Below are positions 53,031 through 63,695 of a DNA stretch of 64,000 bases, one piece after another. Source of the stretch: an uncultured Methanoregulaceae archaeon. GTDB lineage: Archaea > Halobacteriota > Methanomicrobia > Methanomicrobiales > Methanospirillaceae. Under the pieces are notes generated by a model that made no database searches, had not been told where the DNA came from, and saw only the letters and a list, made by a program, of their open reading frames with translations. Position 1 is the first letter of the stretch, and every line of letters begins with the position of its first letter. The translations under genes and the position numbers were made by a program. Location: the NCBI GenBank assembly GCA_963841015.1, contig CAWJAX010000004.1, positions 1-64,000 on the forward strand, read 5' to 3'.

Positions 53031-54680
53031 TGGATTACCTTGTACAGGTCGGCGAGACTGTTAAGAACTTTCGGGGCATCAATATAATAAGCGTGAAAGA
53101 GGGATGCAACCGATATATAATCCCTGATTCCCTGTTTTTTCATTGCCTCAAGAATGTTCTTTCGTGTGCTGATCTCGGATTCCAGCTGATCCCGGGTCCA
53201 GCCCCGTTTTTCAGCGATCTCGGCATAAACCTGGGATCGGCCGGTAAAACTGAATACATCGTGAACGGGATCATAGACAAAGACGTTATTCACCCGCAGG
53301 TTTCCGGTTGCGGGATCGATTCCGGCGATTTCGACAATTTCCTGAACGCGACGCACCCGCTCTGTCCCGCGATAGAGCAGCTCCTGGACACATACAATAT
53401 TCAATGCCTGGATCATGTTTCTTGGGACATTCAGGGGTTCACTTTCAAGACGATGAACAGACTGCATCCACATTTCCCGCATGCATGGTCGAGAACGTTG
53501 TATGCCCGGTATTCATGGCCTGGAAGAGCGTCTGCGCCTCAGGTCCTCTCACTTCACCGACAAGGATGAACTCAGGTCGCTGTCGCAATGCCGACTTTAA
53601 CAGGTCGAACATCCTGATTGCATTTCCCCCTTCAGCAGATCCATCGCGGGTCACACTTGCAATCCAGTTATCGTGGAAGAGGGTAATCTCCCGGGTGTCC
53701 TCAATGCTCACGACCTTTGCAACCGGGGGGATGAGAAGGGAGACTGCATTGAGGGAGGTTGTCTTTCCGGATGCAGTTCCGCCAACAAAGAGCAGGCTCT
53801 TGTTGTTTTCTATCGCGAGCCAGAGATACGCAAGTGACTCCGCATTGAAGGTGCCGTTTTCCATCAGCTCAACCGGAGAGTATGGATCCTCCCGGAATTT
53901 CCTGATGGTAAATGAGGTCCCCCGTGTTGTTACCTCAGAACCAAACGTGAGCTGCAGTCTTGACCCCTCGGGAAGGGTTGCATCGACCATGGGTGAGCCG
54001 GTCGAGATATGCTTTCCTGAACGCTGGGCAAGTGCAATTGCGAGCGAATTAAGGGCATCTGATTCAAATGCGATATTTGTTTTTATGTTAGCGTAAATGC
54101 GGTGATAGAGGAACAAGGGGATGTTGTTGCCATCACAGGAAATATCTTCTATCTGGGAATCTTTCATAAGGGCTTCAATACGGGACCACCCCGTGAAATT
54201 CCTGATTAAATAATACTGGATTTTAAAAAGGGACAAGGAATCAGGAGTTATTCCATAATCATCGATAAGCTCATTTACTTTTTCCAGCAGAATACGTTTG
54301 GGATCCTTTTTGATTTCATCAGAGGAAAGGATCAGAACATCCCGCAGGTCCTCATGGAGACGTTCGAGCAGCTCATATTCGAATTCAGAAAGTGCCGGTT
54401 CAGACAGCAGATACTCTTTCTGGTTGGTCTTCTTATTCAGAGCAATTACTACCAGTGAACGCCCCTTTTCAACCCAGTAGCGATCGATTTGTTCATACTC
54501 AGGAGAAATCTCAGCCTCAACAAGCGTTCCAAACCGTTCAAAATCATATTCCACCACAGGTATTTTGACTTTTTTCTTCAGGATATGAAAATAGTGGCGA
54601 TAGGTGGAATCGGGTTTTGTTGGCTCCTTTTTTTGTTCCTGGGGGGGAACCACATTTTTTCCAAAGTCAGGATCAGTCAT
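53027..54680 (-). CDS. Type IV pilus/T2SS assembly ATPase (ArlI/TadA-like), frameshift near 53460
   Basis: IEDISCDG, GGTASGKTT, SIEDTRE, ALRQRPE..VGEVRG and TGH; continues as RLESEPLNVP. Confidence 0.92.
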
Positions 54681-54987
54681 GGATAATTCATCCGTTGCCT
54701 TGAGGATCGCCCTTACTTGTTAAGGTTTTGAAGGATATGAAAATGTGGACTATCTGGATAGTGCTCATCCTCCTTCCTTTTCGCTGAATCATTTTTATTC
54801 TCTCGAATAATAATTCGGGAGATCATTTTATATAATTATGCAGTATTTCAGGGAATTTCATGGCGCTTCAGAGTTTTAATATCGTTTTCCTCATCCGTTT
54901 TTTAATAATACGACAGATATCTTTATCACAAATACCTACGAGAGTCTCTTTTAAGAAGTCAAATCTATCGTTTATGAGGATATTTTT

Positions 54988-55815
54988 ATGCAGAAATTGA
55001 AGAATGTAAAAATGCCAACCGGTATCAGATCTCTTGACCCGATCCTTGGTGGAGGAGTACCTGCAGGATCCGTCATCCTTCTTCTCGGGGATCTTGGGGC
55101 AGGCAATTATGAATTCGTGTTCAGTTCCCTGGTAAATACCATAAACGCCAGGAAAGGGAGTGAACAAGAAGGTGCTGTCGCTCCCCATGAAGTGCGGTAC
55201 ATCACCTTTACCCGGTTAAAAGAAGAGGTGAAGCAGGAGATCATCAGTTCGTTTTCAATCGATGATATCCCCTCACTCGTGGACAGGATCCAGTTTGATG
55301 ATCTTTCGGAACACTATTTTGACGGCAGTATGGTTCCTGACGAATGGTATTGCAAAGGTGATACGAAAACCCGATTGCAGAAACGATCGGTTCATGAGAG
55401 TATTTTTGTCCAGATTTCACACGTGATAAATGCTGTACAACCGGACAGCCTTGTTGTTCTGGATTCTGTAACAGAAATTGCAACCCAGTGCAATACCCCG
55501 GCCCTCTGGAACAACCTGACGGGATTCCTTCGGGGGTTACAACGTGTGGCAAAGCAGAAAAACATCACCCTGTACCTGCTGCTCAGCCGGGGTATTCTTG
55601 ATTCTTCCAAAGAAAGGGAAATGGCAGATATCGCCGATGCCGTTTTGCTCTTCAAATGGGAGGAGAGCTCCGGTGCCAGGAGGCAACGTGTGATGTATTT
55701 CGAAAAATTCCGGGGAGTGATGCCCCATCTCGAAGAGCGCGATCTGGTGAAATTTGCAGTCCGTATCTCCACTTCCAGTGGATTTGAAGTGAGCAATATC
55801 CGGGTGGTCATATGA
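54988..55815 (+). CDS. RAD55/KaiC-like protein with a degenerate Walker A
   Basis: PTGIRSLDPILGGG..GDLGAGNYEF (lacks the Lys), VLDS and EKFRG. Confidence 0.82.
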   Translation: MQKLKNVKMPTGIRSLDPILGGGVPAGSVILLLGDLGAGNYEFVFSSLVNTINARKGSEQEGAVAPHEVRYITFTRLKEEVKQEIISSFSIDDIPSLVDRIQFDDLSEHYFDGSMVPDEWYCKGDTKTRLQKRSVHESIFVQISHVINAVQPDSLVVLDSVTEIATQCNTPALWNNLTGFLRGLQRVAKQKNITLYLLLSRGILDSSKEREMADIADAVLLFKWEESSGARRQRVMYFEKFRGVMPHLEERDLVKFAVRISTSSGFEVSNIRVVI

Positions 55816-56510
55816 GCACTGAGAGAGTAAAAATCGGAATTGACGGGCTCGATGCAATGATGGGTGGGGGTCTCATCTCTAAAAGCATCGGTGTGATTAT
55901 CGGAACCTATGGTACGGGGAAAACAACATTCTCCCTGAATTTTATATGGGAAGGACTGGAAAAAAAGGAAAATGTCATTTATATCAGTCTTGAAGAGAGT
56001 AAAGACCGTATCCAGACCTATATGAAGCAGAAAGGCTGGGATATTGAAGATTACCTTGACAGGTCACTCCACATTCTCAAACTTGATCCCACCGATTTCA
56101 ATATCGCAAGTAACCGGATAAAAAACGAGCTTCCCCGGCTCATTGAAGAGGTGAAGGCAACACGGGTGGTGATTGATCCTATCTCTCTTTTTGAAGATCT
56201 TTTCACGAATGATGCAGAGCGCAGGCAGGAAATGTACCAGTTTGCCGAAGGGCTTCGCGATAAACAATGCACCATCGTGATGACTTCAGAAACGCACCGG
56301 GATAATATGTTTTCAAGCCGTCATGGGCTCATAGAATACCTGGCCGATACCGTGATTCTGCTCCGCTACGTCCGTCCAAGCGACCTGACAAATGTTCACC
56401 TCGCTCTCGAAGTTGTCAAGATGAGAATGTCACAACACTCCCGGGAGATTAAACCTTACGATATCCTGGAAGACAGGATTGAGGTATATTCAGAAGCAAA
56501 CGTCTTTTAA
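55812..56510 (+). CDS. KaiC-domain ATPase
   Basis: GTYGTGKTT, SLEES, RVVIDP and VVKMRMSQH motifs. Confidence 0.88.
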   Translation: MSTERVKIGIDGLDAMMGGGLISKSIGVIIGTYGTGKTTFSLNFIWEGLEKKENVIYISLEESKDRIQTYMKQKGWDIEDYLDRSLHILKLDPTDFNIASNRIKNELPRLIEEVKATRVVIDPISLFEDLFTNDAERRQEMYQFAEGLRDKQCTIVMTSETHRDNMFSSRHGLIEYLADTVILLRYVRPSDLTNVHLALEVVKMRMSQHSREIKPYDILEDRIEVYSEANVF

Positions 56511-56592
56511 ATAAGATTCCCGAGCGTACCTGAACAAAAATCCGGAATGAGTGAGAAAATAATATTGTTTTTTGGTTTTTGCCGGTAGTTTT

Positions 56593-57138
56593 TTATTCCA
56601 TATCAATAACAGCATCAACATAGGTTGTGAGCTGCGTCATGAGCAGGGGATCCAGCCCTTTTTCTACGGCGAGAAAGACGCCCGGAGAATCCAGGAGCCG
56701 GAGCTTGCTTGTCACGAAATGGATGAACTTGGAGATATTGGTTGAGGGTATGTAAATGAGCATGGTACTAACCGAGTCGAACAGGATACAGGGTTTCTCC
56801 TTTGAAAATGCATTCAGGACTTCAGTAATCGCAATCCCGAGGTCGGTCAGGTTTGAAGGATTGTTGATAAACCGGCAATTCTTTGTCTCAGCCGGGACTT
56901 TTCCAATAGCGTATTTTGTGATCGCATCAATAAACTGGATCTTCGAAATATCAAGCATATTTTTCTCGTAGGAGGCTACAAGGGCGGAGTATGGCTGGTT
57001 TGTTGTTACGATGATAACACTGTTCTTGTTCTGTATCAAAAACCGGATGATCTCGATATTATTGAGCTTCAGATGGTCAGGAGCTGACATCACCAGGTAG
57101 AGCTTTTGTTCTCCGGACAGGTTGATGGAAAATGTCAT
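56593..57138 (-). CDS. Degenerate RecA/KaiC-fold protein
   Basis: IQFIDAIT, PSNLTDLGIAI and LFDSVSTMLIY; no Walker A motif. Confidence 0.7.
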   Translation of the reverse strand: MTFSINLSGEQKLYLVMSAPDHLKLNNIEIIRFLIQNKNSVIIVTTNQPYSALVASYEKNMLDISKIQFIDAITKYAIGKVPAETKNCRFINNPSNLTDLGIAITEVLNAFSKEKPCILFDSVSTMLIYIPSTNISKFIHFVTSKLRLLDSPGVFLAVEKGLDPLLMTQLTTYVDAVIDME

Positions 57139-57151
57139 GAAAATCTCCCCC

Positions 57152-57795
57152 TCACCGTGTTAAAAATTCCCGGTAGGCATCCGGAATGTCAGAGGATCCC
57201 TCTATGACTGCTGCATTCAGAAACTGCAGGGTTTCAAGGATCTGCTCCATATTCTTGATCTGGACCTGAAGGGAGTCAAGGGTTTCCGGTGAAGCTACCC
57301 GGAATTTTTTTCCAGGGTCTCTTTGATTTCCATCAGATTCCAGAGACTCAACCGCATGGGGTTTTTCATCCTCTGGGTGTACTCGACCATAAATCCGATG
57401 AGGGTAGCATTTTTCTTTTCAATTTCCTGCTTGGAGGCTAACAGGGCCTTGCTGTATTCTTCTTTTTCTTCAGAAAGCATGGCTACCAGGATAGCAACGA
57501 GAACAAACATGGAGGCACGAACAAACGGACCCCACAGCAGTTCTCCGCTGACCATATAGGAGGTCGCAAGATGTATCGCGGCAAGAATCAGGGCAAGCCA
57601 GATCGCTTTTTTCTGGAACCAGATTCCCACAATGACAATCAGGACATAAAAAAAATGGGTGTAGCCGATATCAATATTCTGCCAGAGATGCATTACGATT
57701 TCACAGAAAACAGATACAACGATAAGGATCCCGACAATTGCTATCTTGACGTTCCTGTCAGAAACTGCCACCCCATCCTTCAAGGGAACTTGCAT
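57152..57795 (-). CDS. Four-TM sensor-like membrane protein with a helical C-terminus, frameshift near 57300
   Basis: YTHFFYV TM domain and RMKNPM; the restored tail reads QIKNMEQIL..IPDAYREFLTR. Confidence 0.68.
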
Positions 57796-58014
57796 ATGTG
57801 ATTTGTTATTGCGATGACGGTAAAATGTTTCGCTTCAACGAATAATTTCAGGCCATTTGCATTGGCAACAGGAAAGAAAATGAAAAATGAGTCCTCAACA
57901 GGATAAAAAAAAGAAAGGGTAGGGTCACTATTAACCACAAAAAAAATGATTTAAGACGTGAGAAAATGAAAAAAATGGCTCTGTAGAATTCCTTTTCCTT
58001 TGATATGAAATTCA

Positions 58015-58115
58015 CGATGCCGGTACAATGAAGAAGGGGACAGGCCCTGTCCCCCCTTACTGCCCCTACGCTGAGCGATGATGAAGGTAGTACCAGTTCG
58101 GGAGTTATCGCATCG
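58015..58115 (+). ncRNA. Candidate K-turn / box C/D-like small RNA
   Basis: Terminal stem CGATGC/GCATCG; C-like ATGAAGA at 58028; CTGA at 58071 then ATGATGA at 58078; internal stems; GC-rich within an AT-rich spacer. Confidence 0.5.
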
Positions 58116-58238
58116 GGGTCGCCACAGCGGCGGGGGCGGAGGAAAAAGCTCAAGCCCAAAGGAGCATCACCAATGATTTTTTTTATAAAACGTGAAGAAA
58201 TGTTAGTTGTTTGAATGTGACTATACAAAAAAAAGAAA

Positions 58239-60957
58239 TTACTCCAGAATTGTGTAGCCATTTGGCAGCGTGCCATACAGGGCGTCCGTGTTGGTCACCC
58301 GGACATCAGTCAACCCGACCACGACGGTCTCGGGAAGAGTGAACGATGTGGTGATCTGGGTGGGTGAATTCACGGTCACGGAAGGAGCGGTATAAATCAG
58401 GGTGGTTCCCCGGTATAACCTGACCCGAGCACCCGTCAGGAAATTTGTCCCGGTCACTAGTATCGGGCTGACCGTCATCCCATCCCTTCCCTGTACCGGA
58501 CTAATGGAAGTTACAGTCGGGGGTGGATTCGTGACCGTAAACCGGCCAGTGCGGGACGCCGTAGTCCCATCAGTATTGATAACCCTGACACCATACGAAC
58601 CGGCCGTGGCACCGGAGGGAATATTCAGTGTCCCGGACATACGGGTACCTGAAATAACATTTACATCGGTCATGTTGATCCTTGTGGTACCGTAATAATA
58701 ATCGACCAGTGCTCCCGGCTGGAACCCGGTGCCGGTAAGGCTGGTAATACTCACTGATGTCCCACGGACTCCCGTAGCCGGGGTGCTTGTTGAGATTGTC
58801 GGAGTGGGGCTGTTGACCGTAAAGGTCAGCGTGCCGGATGTTTTTCCATCCGGATTCATAACCTGGATATTCCATGTACCCGGGGCCGCCCCAAGAAGGT
58901 TAAAGGTGCAGGTGATTTGAGTCGGTGATAGTACCGACACTCCTGTTGCAACGATATCCGGATACCCTGTCCTCGTCATGCGCACGCCAGCTCCCGGCTG
59001 GAACCCGGTGCCGGTAAGACTGACAACCACCGGCCATCCGCGGTTACTGGAAGTAACATTCCTTGCAGTTAGGGTTGGTGCATTGCCGGTTACGATGAAC
59101 CCGTTTACCAGACTTCCGGCATCGGAATCCGGATTAGCGACAGTAACATTCCGTGAGGCAGCTGTCGCCCCGGTCAGGTCAAAGGTGCAGGTAATGCGGG
59201 TAGCTGAAACAACCACAACATTTGCAGCAATAATATCCGGCCCGGCAGAGCTGTTCACGAGACGTACTGAAGCACCCGACCTGAAGCTGGTGCCGGCAAG
59301 ATTGGTGATGTTTACGTTCCAGCCGCGAACCTGCGTGTTGGGCGTGATTGAAGTCACAGTTGGTGTCGGTGTCCTGACCCTGAACCCGGCCGGCAACATA
59401 CCAGCCTGCCCATCGGCATTGGTAACTACCACATTCCACAATCCGGGAGTGGCACCGGCTGGAAGGGAAATTGAGCAGGTGATAAGGTTGGAAGACCCCA
59501 CATTCACTCCTGATGCAATGATATCCGGATCACCGGTTTTATTGAGCCTCACCGTTGCACCACTCACAAAACCGTTACCTCCGATAGAGACAGGTACTAC
59601 CGTTGAACCCACAACGCCAGAGGAGGGGGTTATTCCACTGACAAACACACCCGCACCTTTTACCAAAAATCCGTTCGGTAATACCGCCACCCTGCCATCA
59701 GGATTGGTAACTACGACATTACGGGCACCCAGGGAGGCGCCGGCAAGGTTTACCGTGCAGCTGATCTGGTTCTGGTTCACAACCACAACACCAGATGCTA
59801 CGATATCAGGGGCCGATGAACTATTGAGAATAACCGTGGCCCCATTCTGGAAACCAGATCCGGCAATACTGGAAATCGTGATCGTGTTGCCGGTGATTCC
59901 CGAGTCCGGGCTGATATTGGTAACAAGCGGTCCGGGGGTGTTGACCATGAAACTGGTGGGAAGAATCCCTGACTGGCCATCCGTATTTATCACCGTTACA
60001 TCCCATAATCCGGGAGATGTCCCGGTGGGCAGCGTAAAGGTGCAGGTAAGATTGGTTGCGTCCAGTACCAGGTACATCTGAAGCAAAGAGATCGGGATTT
60101 CCTGTTTTCGAAAGTTTTACCGAAGATCCGGTGATAAAGTTCGTACCCGTAAGATTTCCGATACTCACTATGCTTCCACTATTTCCGGAATTTGGGGTAA
60201 TGCGAAGTACCGTTGGTGCGGGGCCGGGTGTGAGGACCGTGAAACCATTGACAAGTGTCCCCGGGGCACTCCCGGGATTGGTTACCGTCACATTCCATTG
60301 ACCAGGAAGAGCACCGTTCAGATTAACGATGCAGTTGATCCGGCTCTGTGAAACCACCAGAACATTCGTTGCAGGAATAACAGACGATCCCTGGACAAGT
60401 CGTACTGTTGCACCATTCACAAACCCGGCACCTGAAATGATCGTGGGAATTGAAGAACCGGTTATACCGATATTTGGGGTGATTCCCGTTACGGTTGCGG
60501 CTTCTCCCGGTGTGGGGATTGCAGTCGGAACGAAGGTGGGCATACCACCGGAAAAATCGGTTGAGACAAGGACGGTCTGCGATGACCCGCTTGTATAGAC
60601 TATCTGCACTTTTCCCGGCAGTGAACCAGTATAGTAATCCAGAGATTCACCGGGTGACCAGGCAGTCCAGTTCGAACCTCTGAGAGTAAAATTGGAGGTT
60701 GTATCCACCCCATCCACTAAAATAATCATTTCCTGACGTAACAGGGCATCCCCGCCGTTATGAAATATCCTGAGGGTGTCGTTGCCGTTTGAGGATATGA
60801 CAGCATCGAGTGCAGGGATCTTCTGCGGGAGAGGTTGTGACGTAAGAACAACCCCGATAAGTGCAACAGCCATCACAACAACCGATATAAGCATCACTGA
60901 TCCTATCACCTCTGATACACCAGAGTCATGACCTTTGTTCCTGTTCCGTTCTTTCAT
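58239..60957 (-). CDS. Giant pilin-like adhesin: class III signal peptide, pilin domain and 8 IPT/TIG repeats; frameshift near 60075
   Basis: DSG|VSEVIGSVMLI N-terminus, then repeated P(T)VTxIxP..GxGFxxGAxV..WNVxVTNPDG units. Confidence 0.82.
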
Positions 60958-61068
60958 CGCTGACAACATCCTCAGTTCCATTGCCCGATTACCCAGTGTT
61001 GAGAGTTTTATCTCATTAGCCTATCTGAAAGAGACTGTTCTTCAACCATCCGGAAATAAATCATGCAA

Positions 61069-61950
61069 TCACTCACTCATAATTTCAATCGCGGAAACTT
61101 TTGGATTTTCATAACCCTTGATGAAATCGATATCAAGGATACCGTCATTTACCGTAATATGGTAGGTTCCATCTGTTGCAGAGTAAAGGCCTGCCGTTGA
61201 TAACAGATAGAGATCCGTGATAACCTGATTTCCTTCCAATGCAACACTGAATATCCTCGGATTATTGGGATTAATTCCATTGTAGATCTCAGCAAATTTC
61301 AGGGTCACTTTATAGTTACCATCTGGTACAGTAAAGCGGTACTGCCCGTTCCCACCCGAAAACCAGCTTTCGGTCTGGTAGAGGGTTGGATCCATGGTAT
61401 TCGCGATAGAATTTCCTACCGAATAGGATTGCCGGTTTCCACCATATCCCCAGCCTCCGGGAATATATTGCTGGTCTGCAGACCAGAGATTATTCTTTGT
61501 ATCGGTATATGCTCCGTCTCCGCAATTCACCCTGATGCTGATTACAGGTTTGCCTAAGGAGAGGATGACCTGCGGTGAAGTTCCACTGGTGTAGACCAGC
61601 TGAAGACTGTCAGGCAAGATCTGTCCTGCCGGGACATCATATCTGAGTGTGTCCCCGGCAGACCAGCGGGACCAGGGAGTTCCATCCATATTTTTAAAAA
61701 AATTCCTCATATCGGTCCCGTTCACCAGGAAAGACACCTCTTCTTTCAGGAGTGTATCACCACCTTCATGGCGGAGCAGGATAGAATGATCGATCGTTAT
61801 GAAATCCACATCAAGTGCAGGGATCTTTTGCGGAGGGGATTTTGAGAGTATACTGACTCCTAATAGAGCCACCCCCATACCGACTACCGCAACAAGAATA
61901 ATGGCACCAAGAGCATCAGAAAGACCGCTGTCATGGTACATATTCCTCAC
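61069..61950 (-). CDS. Pilin-like protein with a C-terminal malectin domain
   Basis: DSG|LSDALGAIILV and LRHEGGD; then RVNCG..WSAD..LYQTE..YKVTLKFAEIY..RIFSV..PKVSAIEI. Confidence 0.85.
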   Translation of the reverse strand: MRNMYHDSGLSDALGAIILVAVVGMGVALLGVSILSKSPPQKIPALDVDFITIDHSILLRHEGGDTLLKEEVSFLVNGTDMRNFFKNMDGTPWSRWSAGDTLRYDVPAGQILPDSLQLVYTSGTSPQVILSLGKPVISIRVNCGDGAYTDTKNNLWSADQQYIPGGWGYGGNRQSYSVGNSIANTMDPTLYQTESWFSGGNGQYRFTVPDGNYKVTLKFAEIYNGINPNNPRIFSVALEGNQVITDLYLLSTAGLYSATDGTYHITVNDGILDIDFIKGYENPKVSAIEIMSE

Positions 61951-63452
61951 GAAATGACTCCACCGGCTCCGTGTATTGTAGTTGTGAAGGTCCCCCGTGC
62001 TGCAATCACATTGATATCGTTCCAGGTGTCAGTCACATCGTAACCATTTATGGTGATATAACTCTCGTTGCCCGCAATACCCGTGGTGAAATGTGGCACC
62101 CCTGCTACAGTAGCGGTGTAATCAAAATAATTTTTCCACATATTCCTCGACTGATTGTTGGTGGTATTGACTGCAATCGTTATCCACTTGGTGTTGGCAC
62201 TGCCGGGAGCATAGGGAAGTGTAGTGACACTATCAAGATGTGTCTTTACCTGGATTGAACTGCTCCCGCCAACGATCCCACGATTATTTGGATCAAAGGT
62301 GAGGGCATTGATATTTACGGTGACAATTTTTTTCGTGACAACGGGGTCGTTATTATAGTTGAAGGAAATCTCGGGGGGGAGTTTGTATACCGTGTTGCCA
62401 TCTGCCTGGGAGAGGAACACACCCCCGAGCTGATAATAATACGTCTGGGGGATCCAGTAATTATTCTGTCCGCGGTATTCTAAAGATCCCAGGGTAATAG
62501 GGGCTACAGTATAGTTCATTTCTGTAAAGCCATAGGTAACATTCCCGTTTCCCTTTATATGGGAGGTATAGTGAAGAGTGTCGAACTTGTCCAGGGTAGG
62601 TGAGAGGAAAAGATTGTCGGGAATTTGCAGCGATGATTTCATTCCATACGCGTCATCCATCAGATCAACTGTATACGTTCCCGGAGAAATTGTTTTGTAG
62701 ACGGTAAGATCCTGCACTGTTGGAATATTACCTTTTATAACGGTTACACTGATATCAGAACCGGTATAATTGGATGCCGGAGTTGAAACAAGGCAGTTTA
62801 CGCCACCACCCGGATTCATGCCAACAACCTGGCCCGGCGGACAGGAAGGTTGCTGCACGATACTATATGCATCATAATAGGCAAAGCGGGGGGTGAGATT
62901 CACCGTTGCAAGCCAGCCTGATCCGTTTATCTCGACTCCGTAGTAGGTGTCTTTTGAAAGGTCATTGGGGGTTATTCCGGAAATAGTGACATAGATATGT
63001 TCTGGAACATTATCAATTCCGGCAGGAAGATCTACCGCATCATTCACCGTGTTATTAAGGATAAGAGAGCGTGATGTTAACGATAATAACTCCGGCTCTT
63101 TTGTCCTGTCATTTATTGCAATTACACCGGATGAGCTCAATGGGCTCATTATCGGGATAAAACTGATTGTTCCCTGGGAATAACCTCCTGCCGTGCCAAG
63201 GGTAAACGAATTACTGACCGTTGTGCCAACTTTATTGTTATTGAAAAGTGAGTCAAGGCTGAGTTTATAGCCGACAAACTGATCTTTTACCTCATTCATA
63301 TGACCAATTTCATTCTCCCTGCCCTGTGCAGGAACGCCATAAGTCAGGTAAAGAGACGCCACAACAACGATCAAGCCAATGATCAGGACAAAACCGATCA
63401 CTTCGGATAGTCCCGATTCTCGATGGGGGTATACCTGGGAATAGTCAGTCAT
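61947..63452 (-). CDS. Large class III signal-peptide (pilin-like) protein
   Basis: ESG|LSEVIGFVLIIGLI..VPAQGRENEI.HM; NNYWIPQTYYYQLGGVFLSQ. Confidence 0.82.
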   Translation of the reverse strand: MTDYSQVYPHRESGLSEVIGFVLIIGLIVVVASLYLTYGVPAQGRENEIGHMNEVKDQFVGYKLSLDSLFNNNKVGTTVSNSFTLGTAGGYSQGTISFIPIMSPLSSSGVIAINDRTKEPELLSLTSRSLILNNTVNDAVDLPAGIDNVPEHIYVTISGITPNDLSKDTYYGVEINGSGWLATVNLTPRFAYYDAYSIVQQPSCPPGQVVGMNPGGGVNCLVSTPASNYTGSDISVTVIKGNIPTVQDLTVYKTISPGTYTVDLMDDAYGMKSSLQIPDNLFLSPTLDKFDTLHYTSHIKGNGNVTYGFTEMNYTVAPITLGSLEYRGQNNYWIPQTYYYQLGGVFLSQADGNTVYKLPPEISFNYNNDPVVTKKIVTVNINALTFDPNNRGIVGGSSSIQVKTHLDSVTTLPYAPGSANTKWITIAVNTTNNQSRNMWKNYFDYTATVAGVPHFTTGIAGNESYITINGYDVTDTWNDINVIAARGTFTTTIHGAGGVIS

Positions 63453-63695
63453 TTCTCATTGATTCGTATGGCAACGTCTCATATATATGTTGTTCGTCAG
63501 AAATCCTTGCATTTCCCGCTAAAGACCATTAAAATCATTTTTTTTAATTCACCCATCAAAAAAGCAAGGGAAGGCAGTATCCCGGGGCTACAACGCATGG
63601 TCTCCTTTGAGGTACAGAAGAGTTTTGTGCTTTGCTTACAAATAAAAAAGAACATAATTTCAGGAATTGCCTGGTATCTCAGGAAGGGGTTGTGG

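Noticed and set aside
53445-53482. Programmed frameshifting or recoding at split genes such as the pilus ATPase, cooS and katG
   Set aside because: No shared slippery motif, mixed shift directions and spread over unrelated genes; sequencing error is simpler.
58115-58130. H/ACA guide for 23S helix 69 (AGTTA and GGGGTC words near an ACA)
   Set aside because: The two words are in the wrong order to form a pseudouridylation pocket. The region is kept only as a generic K-turn RNA candidate.
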